IMG/VR virus record: IMGVR_UViG_3300020202_000062
Coordinates: 32,001-96,000 of that record
Length of the DNA: 64,000 nt
DNA from: a virus
Strand: one strand, 5' to 3'
Position 1 is the stretch's first letter; the number at the start of each line of letters is the position of its first letter. Below the pieces are notes generated by a model. That model did not search any database, was not told where the DNA came from, and saw only the letters and a list, made by a program, of their open reading frames with translations. The position numbers and the translations under genes were made by a program. Shown in pieces: positions 10,766-18,716 of the stretch.

Positions 10766-10777
10766 GGTCAACAACAT

Positions 10778-10849
10778 GGTCTATTCGTCTAGTGGTTAAG
10801 ACGCCAGATTCTCAATCTGGAAACGGGGTTTCGACTACCCCATAGACTG
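10778..10849 (+). tRNA. tRNA-Glu(CUC)
   Basis: CCAGA-TTCTCAA-TCTGG; acceptor GGTCTAT/ATAGACT. Confidence 0.88.
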
Positions 10850-11106
10850 CTTATGGAAGAATATGAATGCGATCAAGAATGTGCCGTCCACTTTGATGGG
10901 TGTGACGGCTTTTGTGATCATCTCGACGGTCACGTAAACGGATGCTGGAGAAAAAGTGACTAAGGGTACTGGCAACAAGACAGAGATGTCGATAAACTGG
11001 GACTACTCAGAAAAAGCAAAGCGATGCCCAAAGGCATACAAGATCGTGAAGGGTCAATACCTTCGCGGTGGCCGCGGGGTAAAGAACATCTTCGGAAAGT
11101 AATACA

Positions 11107-11895
11107 ATGCGAATCATGATGGCAGGCGACACACATAGCAACTTTGAGCAGTGGGAGTACCTATTCCCCATCGCTAAGGACCTTAACGTTGATGTCATCA
11201 TGCAACTCGGAGACTTTGGATACTGGGCGCACACCAAGGGTGGACTTAACCACCTTGATGCTCTACACGATCTTGCTGTAGAGTACGATATCCCAATCTA
11301 CTGGCTGGATGGCAACCACGAGAACCATGTGCACCTACGGGTGAACAGGATCGCAGTATGGAATATGTTCTGTCTTATGGCAGGCGTAGATCCTGGGCCA
11401 TTCGTCCCGATCCGCGGCACGCATATTGTGCACACGCCGCGGGGTGCAACCTGGGAGTGGGACGGCGTTAAGTTCCTAGCAGTTGGCGGTGCGTTCAGTA
11501 TCGACAGAGGCTGGAGAGATGTTGGGGAGTCCTTCTGGTTTGAAGAGGAACTCACTGACGCTGAAGCAGACTATGCTTCTAGAGTTGGGAAGGTCGATGT
11601 GCTGGTGTCACACGACGTTCCGATGGGCACGGATATGGCGTACATGTTCATCCGACAGGGTAGGTCGTACAGACCTATTCCGCAGGCTGAACCTAACCGC
11701 CGACGCTTGAGGCAGGTGGTCGAGGCCACGAAGCCTAACTACATATACCATGGCCATTACCATATCTGCTATAAGAACTACCTCGAACTTAATAGCGGAC
11801 ACACCATTGTCGTCATGGGCCTCGGTGCTGATGGGATGGAACAGGATTCCTGGACTATTCTTGACACTGAGGACTTGACAAATCCGGTTGGATAG
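11107..11895 (+). CDS. Calcineurin-like metallophosphoesterase
   Basis: GDTH, LGDFG, DGNHEN, SHD, HGHYH motifs. Confidence 0.92.
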   Translation: MRIMMAGDTHSNFEQWEYLFPIAKDLNVDVIMQLGDFGYWAHTKGGLNHLDALHDLAVEYDIPIYWLDGNHENHVHLRVNRIAVWNMFCLMAGVDPGPFVPIRGTHIVHTPRGATWEWDGVKFLAVGGAFSIDRGWRDVGESFWFEEELTDAEADYASRVGKVDVLVSHDVPMGTDMAYMFIRQGRSYRPIPQAEPNRRRLRQVVEATKPNYIYHGHYHICYKNYLELNSGHTIVVMGLGADGMEQDSWTILDTEDLTNPVG

Positions 11896-11903
11896 TTTAC
11901 TAT
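11875..11903 (+). promoter_or_regulatory. Consensus housekeeping-sigma promoter for the Pth2-like operon
   Basis: TTGACA-N17-TACTAT. Confidence 0.8.
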
Positions 11904-11935
11904 CAATAGACCGATGAGAAAAGGAAACACAAGAA

Positions 11936-12277
11936 ATGGAAAACACGTAGATTTCTAAACTGTATGTCATCACAAGATCAGACTTCAGTTGCGGCTATCA
12001 AGTAGCACAGTCTGTTCACGGTGGCATGGCATGGGCTATGGAAAAGTCCCATTTGCTAGATGAATGGTCAGGGACTGTAGTCTGTGTAACAGTAGAGTCT
12101 GAAGCCGATCTATATTGGTGGGCTTCTGAACTCGAATTACGTGGTCAAGAGGTATCCATTTTTAGAGAGCCAGACATTGGTGATCAACTAAGTTGCATTG
12201 CTGTTCTTCTGAATCAGGAGCAGGCACAGTGGCTTTGTAGGTTGCCCTTGGCTGGCTCTTGTGGTTTACCACCATAG
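11936..12277 (+). CDS. Pth2-like peptidyl-tRNA hydrolase domain protein with in-frame TAG at codon 5
   Basis: AAGGA at 11921, then ATG GAA AAC ACG TAG ATT TCT AAA CTG TAT GTC ATC ACA AGA TCA GAC. The Pth2-like N-terminal motif 'KLYVITRSD...YQVAQSVH' lies upstream of the track's ATG at 12026; 'FREPDIGDQLSCIA' at the C-terminus. Confidence 0.75.
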
Positions 12278-12303
12278 GTATCGTCTCCGAAAGGAGGTGA
12301 TAC
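12278..12303 (+). promoter_or_regulatory. RBS-sequestering hairpin
   Basis: GTATCGTCTCC-GAAA-GGAGGTGATAC, 11 bp; 3' arm contains the SD GGAGGTG of the gene at 12307. Confidence 0.85.
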
Positions 12304-12306
12304 AGT

Positions 12307-12600
12307 ATGACTGAAATGGAACTTAAGGCTGAAGTAGCATCACTCCGAAATGAGTTAGCAACACTTCGTGACCTGATTGCAGGCGGCGATCTAGCGTCTG
12401 GCGTAAACCGCCTAGCACAAAAGATCGAACGTCAGCGTCAGGCTCTTGATAGACTGCACACCCGTGTGGTCAATCAGCGTTTCCACCTTCGCACTCTCGA
12501 TGAGTTAGGCCGCGGTCTAACCAAGGATGAGTACGAAACGGCTCGTGCAGCAGTGACTAACGAGCAGGTTAAGGATCGTCTAGTAGGCGTCATCGCTTAA
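12307..12600 (+). CDS. Helical hypothetical protein coupled to the Pth2-like gene
   Basis: 97 aa, coiled-coil-like, strong SD inside the hairpin. Confidence 0.75.
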   Translation: MTEMELKAEVASLRNELATLRDLIAGGDLASGVNRLAQKIERQRQALDRLHTRVVNQRFHLRTLDELGRGLTKDEYETARAAVTNEQVKDRLVGVIA

Positions 12601-12662
12601 CCAATAGTGCCAGGTCAGACAGATCTAACGTAAAGTCGAGAATTGTAACTGCTGGCACTCTC

Positions 12663-12762
12663 GCCCCGGTAGCTTAACGGTAAAGCAGCGGATAAAGAGA
12701 CTCAGTATCTCACGGTTTGGGTCTCTCCGTCGATGGTGGTTCGAATCCACCCTGGGGCACCA
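12663..12762 (+). ncRNA. tRNA-like RNA with extended anticodon arm
   Basis: Normal acceptor, D and T arms, ends ACCA; 33 nt with an extra 9-bp hairpin in place of the 7-nt anticodon loop. Confidence 0.75.
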
Positions 12763-12763
12763 T

Positions 12764-12831
12764 GGAAGAAATAGTGTAACCCGGTAGCACAGGCGACGGC
12801 CAGGCGAGGTTCGAATCCTCATCTTCCACCA
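12764..12831 (+). ncRNA. tRNA-like RNA with truncated anticodon arm
   Basis: GGAAGA/TCTTCC-ACCA; D arm GTGT/GCAC; T arm GAGG-TTCGAAT-CCTC; anticodon arm reduced to GGC-GACG-GCC. Confidence 0.7.
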
Positions 12832-12832
12832 C

Positions 12833-12939
12833 GCCCCGATAGCTTAGTGGGAAAGCCTCTTTCTGGATCCTGTGAGGCTAGCAGGGAAAGGTTAGAGTAG
12901 CGCGCAAACACGGAGGTTCGATTCCTCCTCGGGGTACCA
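12833..12939 (+). ncRNA. tRNA-like RNA with 55-nt replacement of anticodon/variable region
   Basis: GCCCCGA/TCGGGGT-ACCA; D arm GCTT/AAGC; T arm GGAGG-TTCGATT-CCTCC. Confidence 0.72.
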
Positions 12940-12940
12940 A

Positions 12941-13082
12941 GAGCCTGTAGTGCACGCCGAAGCGTGACGTAACATGAGTAGCCATACGAATCCTAGGCCA
13001 CCCTTATGGCGAGGGGTGTTACGGTAGTGGGAGCACGACCGCCAGAAAGCGGTTAGGATGGGTTCGAATCCCATCAGGTTCA
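12941..13082 (+). ncRNA. tRNA-like RNA with ~79-nt structured D-loop and 6-nt anticodon loop
   Basis: GAGCCTG/CAGGTTC-A; D stem GTGC(12950)/GCAC(13033); ACCGC-CAGAAA-GCGGT; ATGGG-TTCGAAT-CCCAT. Confidence 0.7.
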
Positions 13083-13597
13083 CATGAAAACTAAAATAGA
13101 CAGAGACCTTTTATCAGAGTTAACAACCAGTACAGAACTTGAAGGCTGGACAGTGCTTCAGGATAAACACCTTCGCAACAAGAGGTGGACTGAACAGCGG
13201 CGCATCGTCCTAACCAATCCAGAGTTCCCTGGCATATGGGCTTTCGATTATGAAATTGGACTTACCGAGATGCAGGACTTCTCTTGGTATGACCACTACC
13301 CAGAAGAGATAGAGTTGTTCCAGGTTGTACCTAGAACAGAAACGGTAATGGTGTATGAAAAAGCCCCTGTGGAAGAGCACGATAGTAATCTGGACTGAGT
13401 TCGATCCATACGATACAGAGATCGACACTCTAGCGTGGCACGCAATGGAAGGCGACGGGTATTGTTCGCGCCACATTGCAGATCACATAGCAGATCCAGA
13501 GTCAGATCCCGATTGGGATGGAACAGAATTCTTCTGGGATCCAGAAGAGTAAGGCTTGAGGTAGGGTGTTCGGGTGTGTGCGCCCTGCCTCAAATTT

Positions 13598-13669
13598 GCT
13601 TCGGTAGTTCAATGGTAGAACAGCGCCCTCTAAAAGCGTATGTTGAGGGTTCGAATCCCTTCCGAGGCG
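13598..13669 (+). tRNA. Amber suppressor tRNA (anticodon CUA)
   Basis: Acceptor GCTTCGG/CCGAGGC; D arm GTTC/GAAC; loop CTCTAAA (CTA at 13630-13632); T arm GAGGG-TTCGAAT-CCCTT. Confidence 0.88.
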
Positions 13670-13674
13670 CTCAA

Positions 13675-13858
13675 GATCACGTAGCTCAGGTGGATAGAGC
13701 AGCGCAAAAACGGAGGCGTGGTATCTAGAGAAGGTTTGCGGATGCACCGGGACCGGGCCGCATGCAGTAATGTATGTGGTTGGGGAACCTTAGCCCCCGG
13801 CAGGGAAGCGCGTTATCCTAACTCTAGCGTTGCGGAGGTTCGAGTCCTCCCGTGATCA
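13675..13858 (+). ncRNA. tRNA-like RNA with ~121-nt insert in the anticodon arm
   Basis: Perfect GATCACG/CGTGATC-A; D arm GCTC/GAGC; T arm GGAGG-TTCGAGT-CCTCC; GCGC/GCGT stem closes the insert. Confidence 0.72.
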
Positions 13859-14548
13859 CATGAAAACATATCAAGATATATTCGAAAGCATTGTCGCATT
13901 ACTTGATGCTCCTGTTACAGATGACCCGGTGGACATTCTCAAGTTAATCGCGGCAGAGTGTGAATATCCAGGTGAGTACACCTACTTTGATAACAAGGGT
14001 CAGTGGGTAAGATACCCTATAGAAGGCGAGTAAAATGAATTTAGTTACCTGCACATGCGGTAATGATCAGATCATAATCGTAACTCCCGCAGTTCATAAG
14101 TCTAGCGAAGAGATTGAAATCGTAGACAACGGATATCAAGCCTGGAACAGTGACTCTAGTTGGGAAATATCTGACGAAGACGGAGCAAGGTTTGTTTGCG
14201 AAGAATGCGACCATTCTTGGAAAGTTGATCGTCCAGTTACTTGGGAGTGGATTAACTAGATGAGTATGTCTACTAGAGTAGAAGCCTACAAAGATCCAGA
14301 AGACGAGAAGTACATACAGTACAAAGCCATCTGGGATGCATGTAGAGAAGCATACGTTCAGGTCCCTGATGAAGTGATGAGTTACTTCGGATATGAAACA
14401 CCTGATGAGCATGGTGTAAGGGTGAACTTAAAGCATGAGAAATTCTCTGATCGTGATTCGGTAAGTGATGGTATTATCATCAAGGTAGCAGACATACCTA
14501 AAGATGTAACTGTCATTAGGTTTGTGAACAGTTACTAATTAGTGACAA

Positions 14549-14621
<73 letters not shown>

Positions 14622-14625
14622 CCGC

Positions 14626-14701
14626 GCAGGGATAGTATAACGGTTCATTACATATCTATGGTACAGATATAATCAGGGTTCGATTCCCTGTTCCTGCTCC
14701 A
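14626..14701 (+). tRNA. tRNA-Thr(GGU)
   Basis: TATCT-ATGGTAC-AGATA; encoded CCA. Confidence 0.88.
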
Positions 14702-14702
14702 A

Positions 14703-14778
14703 GGACCAGTAGCTCAGCCAGGCTTAGAGCATCCGTCTGATACACGGAAGGCCGGGGGTTCGAATCCCTCTTGGTCCA
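14703..14778 (+). tRNA. tRNA-Ile(GAU)
   Basis: TCCGT-CTGATAC-ACGGA. Confidence 0.92.
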
Positions 14779-14782
14779 CTTG

Positions 14783-14810
14783 AAGGTCACGTTTATTCGT
14801 GGCCTTTTTC
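14783..14810 (+). terminator. Intrinsic terminator after the tRNA trio
   Basis: AAGGTCACG/CGTGGCCTT hairpin followed by T run. Confidence 0.65.
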
Positions 14811-15483
14811 TATTTGTCCCCGTAGGTTTCTTTTTTAGGGCGCACATTGACTAGCACATTTGTAATCCCAGACAGGTTGTACTTCTACTCTGAGCGTGTA
14901 GCGACTCAGAAGGTTGACGAGAAGCAGAAGTATGGCAAGGAGAACATCTCCGATGCGGTAGATCCTACTGAGGCCAACCTTATATCTTCTCTTCTTGAGA
15001 ATGGCAATCACGCGCCGGTCATTGATTTCGACTACCCGATCGAAGTCATCCCAAGCACTACGCTGGGACACTTCCATCTCTACATTCATAAAGAAGTAGA
15101 GTGGAACAAATACAAGAACGTACTTAATGCACTTGCCAATGCTGATCTTATAGAAAAAGGTTACGCCAAGGCATCAATGCATAAAGGTTTTAGTGCAGTG
15201 CGCCCACCTGGCGTGCAAAAGTTGAACGCACCAGAGGTATCAGATACTCTTGGTGAGTTGGCTAAGGCTAAGCGCCGCAACTTTGAACTAGAACTTGAAC
15301 TAACCAAACTGCAAGGGCAAGTAGCAATGCTCAAGGCTCAGTTGGGCCAGCAGGGTGAGCATACGTGCAAGTGGGACTGTGGCTACAGTACAGACGTGCT
15401 GACAGATCTCAACTACCATTACTTTGCTTACTGTCCTTTAGCAGAACAACAAACACCACCACCTGGAGAGGAGGCGAAACGCA

Positions 15484-16158
15484 ATGGCACTATACAGGAC
15501 GCTTTTTAAGGGAATCTGTGGGTCTATAGCCTACGGATTAAACCACGCAGACAGCGACGTAGATGAACGTGGCGTGTTCGCCTACCCTACCAATGTGGTC
15601 CTCGGGCTGGACATGCCAGCCGAAACCATCGAAGTACATGAGCCTGACGTGTGCCTACATGAGGTTGGGAAGTTCTTGCGCCTTGCAAGGGCGAACAACC
15701 CTAACATCCTAGAGATGTTCTGGCTCGAAGAGTATACAGAAATGACCCCTGAGGGCTATATGCTTCTCGGTGCTCGTGACATCTTCTTGTCTCAGAAGGT
15801 TCGTAAGACTTATGCGGGCTACGCTATGTCCCAGATCCATAGGCTAGAAGTCAGAGCAGAGAAGGGTGACGCATCCTTTGGGTCAGACCTTCGTAAGCGA
15901 TACTCTAAGCACGCGCGACATTGCTTCAGGTTAATTCAACAAGGGCGTATGATCCTTGAGACTGGTAAACTTGTCGTCAAGGTACCTAACCGAGATGAAC
16001 TGTTTGCCATAGGTGAGATGGAACCAGAAGCATTGATTGCGCGATTCAATGAAGAGTACGAAGACTTCAAGAACGTCAAATCTGACCTCCCAGAGGAACC
16101 AGACAGCGATAAGATCAATGAACTTCTTCTGAAGATCAGGCGACTGAACTACTCATGA
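15484..16158 (+). CDS. RlaP/Nuc-transf family nucleotidyltransferase
   Basis: 'GSIAYGLNHADSDVDERG', 'NPNILE', 'KHARHCFRL'. Confidence 0.88.
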   Translation: MALYRTLFKGICGSIAYGLNHADSDVDERGVFAYPTNVVLGLDMPAETIEVHEPDVCLHEVGKFLRLARANNPNILEMFWLEEYTEMTPEGYMLLGARDIFLSQKVRKTYAGYAMSQIHRLEVRAEKGDASFGSDLRKRYSKHARHCFRLIQQGRMILETGKLVVKVPNRDELFAIGEMEPEALIARFNEEYEDFKNVKSDLPEEPDSDKINELLLKIRRLNYS

Positions 16159-16829
16159 AGCGCATCATACATATCAACCAGCACAACATCAAGGCTAACG
16201 CTAAGAACGGGAGTGATCTACCCGTGATCACAGTCAAGACATACAAGTCCAATGACTATGGTCACGAGGTAGACATTCTCGACGCCGTGGGTAGAGTTGT
16301 GGCTAGGATCGTATACCCAGATAAACCTTTAGCCTGCGGCGCTAGAGTGTGGATAGAGACCGAGAACGATGTCAGAATCAGAACAAGAACTACCCAATCT
16401 AAACAACTGGGTAATGACAGCAGCATTTCGTAAAGAAGTTGTAACGATTGGTACGAAAATCTTTTGGCGTGATTACGTCTGGGAATCAGAGCAGGTAACT
16501 CTCTTCGATGACGGCTCCTACGAAATGGATCAGGTCATCTCCACAGTCTCAGAAGTAAGTAAGAAGTTCTTGCCTGGGCATTGCTGGTACAGGGTCAATA
16601 CCGAATGGGATTACGATTCCACCTATAGGTATGAATATGTCTCTGGATGGCGAAAGCAGACCGAAACAGAGCACAAAGATTACCTGAAACGCCTAGCCGC
16701 TCAGAAAGAGGCCGAGAAGAAGCGTGCGGCCAAAGAACGCGAACGCACTAAGAAGGCAAGAGCGCAACTAGAAGCAGAAGAACGAAAGACGTTAGAAAAG
16801 CTGCTAAAGAAATACGGAAAAGAAATACA

Positions 16830-17411
16830 ATGACCATATGGTTTACCAGTGACCTTCACTTCGGTCACGCTAACATAATCAAGTACTGTAACCGACCGTT
16901 TGAGTCTGTGGATCACATGAACCAGGAACTCATCCGGCGCTGGAACGAGAAGGTCCAGCCAGAGGATACGGTATGGGTGCTAGGTGACGTGGCTATGGGC
17001 AAGTTGAAGGAAACGGTTCCACTGGTCGCTCAACTAAATGGCGACAAGCATCTGGTTGCTGGTAACCATGACGGCTGCTGGAAGTACCACAAGAAGGCTG
17101 ACAAAATGGCAGCCCTCTACTTCGATGCCGGGTTCCGAAGCATATGGACCGAAGCATGGTCGACTCTTCCTTTCGGGGATAAAGACATAAAGTTTCAGAT
17201 GCACCACTTCCCCTTTGTCGGAGATAGTCACGACACTGATAGATACAGTGAGATGCGCCCGATCGATAAGGGTCAGATACTTCTTCATGGTCACGTACAC
17301 GATGCCTGGAAGGCAAAGCCACGCATGGTGAATGTGGGCTGTGACGTATGGGGCTACGCTCCTGTTACATTCGATCAACTGATGAGCGCAATCGCAGAAT
17401 GTGAAGACTAA
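16830..17411 (+). CDS. Metallophosphoesterase
   Basis: 'TSDLHFGH', 'LGDV', 'GNHD', 'LHGHVH'. Confidence 0.92.
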   Translation: MTIWFTSDLHFGHANIIKYCNRPFESVDHMNQELIRRWNEKVQPEDTVWVLGDVAMGKLKETVPLVAQLNGDKHLVAGNHDGCWKYHKKADKMAALYFDAGFRSIWTEAWSTLPFGDKDIKFQMHHFPFVGDSHDTDRYSEMRPIDKGQILLHGHVHDAWKAKPRMVNVGCDVWGYAPVTFDQLMSAIAECED

Positions 17412-18113
17412 TGATAGTAATTGATATCGTGTTTATGACTGTAGTGCTAATGTTCTGTGTTGCTTTCGCCCTTGGTTTGGCCATCTTAATCAAGATGCTC
17501 TGGCAGGAGTTGATGAAATGAAAGACTTGTATATGGTCGTCTGGTCTGGGGGGTATGAAGCCCCTCAGTACCAGGTGCTAGACACAGACATTGCTGCTTG
17601 GGCACTAGCACAGTCGTGGGCAGACGATATGGACGACGAAAGTGATTGGATTGATGTTCTACGCATCAACGGATCAGATCTTTCAGTAGAACGATTAGGT
17701 GAATTCCTTGAGCGATAAAGACGATTCATTTCAGGTAATGTTCCCCGGCAGCTACAGACCTGCCCTAGAACGTTGGCTTTCTAGCCTCAACAGAGAACTG
17801 GTCAAGTACCCTTTCACTGAAGATGATGACCTTCCCACTTACTTCCTGGGACTGCCAAAATGACCTGGGTTGTCATAGAACAAGATGAAGGGCTAATGGT
17901 CGACTACCGTGCCCAGGCTGATATTGAAGTTCTGTTCATTGACTACGATGAGTCAAAACAGAACAAAGAGTACGCCAAAGAGAAGATGATCGATATCTTA
18001 ATCGGGCACTACGAAGAGATTCCTTCCTCTATTCTGGATGGAGTTGCCAAATGCTTAGAAAAGCAACATCCCGGACTCCGTGCGGAAATCTTTAGAGAAA
18101 TAGAAGGGAACAT

Positions 18114-18716
18114 ATGAATTACTTTGCGTGGTTTGATACAGAAACTACAGGACTGGATGACGACGCAGCACTCCTAGAAGTTGGCTTCGTTTTAACTGAC
18201 TCAGATCTGAACATCTTATGGCAGAAAGACTGGCTCACGGAGACTATTAAGACCTGTATGTTTGGTCCTGTCGATGGAGTCAGAGAAGAGCAGGCTCTCT
18301 GTAATGACTTTGTGCGAGAGATGCACAACAAGAACAATCTATGGGGCGATAGAATGACCAAGCCTCTAACAATGCCAGGAGCCATGCAAGAAGAGATTGC
18401 CACCAAGATCTACGAGTTGGGCATCGAGGCAAAAGAAGTTCCCATGGCAGGCAGTACGGTCGGATTCGATCGCGCCACTCTCAAAAGAGAGATACCCAAT
18501 CTAGAATCCATGTTTCACTACCGCAGTATAGATGTATCAAGCATCAAAGAACTAGCCAAAGTATGGAACCCAAGCGTGTATCGGCTCCGTCCGGGCCAAG
18601 ACGAATCCAAGAAAGAACACAGAGCCTTAGCTGATGTGTTAACCTCTATCGAAGAATTAAAGCACTACCGTAACCTCTTCTTCTTTCGTCAAGTATCTAG
18701 CGTATTAGGAAACTAA
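18114..18716 (+). CDS. orn: Oligoribonuclease (DEDDh)
   Basis: 'WFDTETTGLD', 'AGSTVGFDR', 'FHYRSIDVSSIKELA', 'HRALAD...SIEELKHYR'. Confidence 0.9.
   Translation: MNYFAWFDTETTGLDDDAALLEVGFVLTDSDLNILWQKDWLTETIKTCMFGPVDGVREEQALCNDFVREMHNKNNLWGDRMTKPLTMPGAMQEEIATKIYELGIEAKEVPMAGSTVGFDRATLKREIPNLESMFHYRSIDVSSIKELAKVWNPSVYRLRPGQDESKKEHRALADVLTSIEELKHYRNLFFFRQVSSVLGN

Noticed and set aside
10566-10777. tmRNA (standard or permuted)
   Set aside because: Both acceptor strands lie within 56 nt, and no tag reading frame or enclosing helix is evident.
10335-10845. Track ORFs overlapping tRNA clusters (also 7686 start, 12625, 12892, 13435, 13502, 14656)
   Set aside because: They are shadows of tRNA or tRNA-like sequence (RDSNP/GFES-type translations).
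11914-11958. 14-codon uORF (MRKGNTRNGKHVDF*) feeding the Pth2 frame by +1 frameshift at TTC TAA
   Set aside because: tRNA-Phe re-pairing from UUC to UCU is poor and this ATG has no SD. ATG 11936 has a well-spaced AAGGA. Kept only as a weaker alternative.
13706-13826. Group I intron in a tRNA
   Set aside because: Too short, with no recognisable P7 core or terminal G, and excision gives no obvious canonical anticodon loop.
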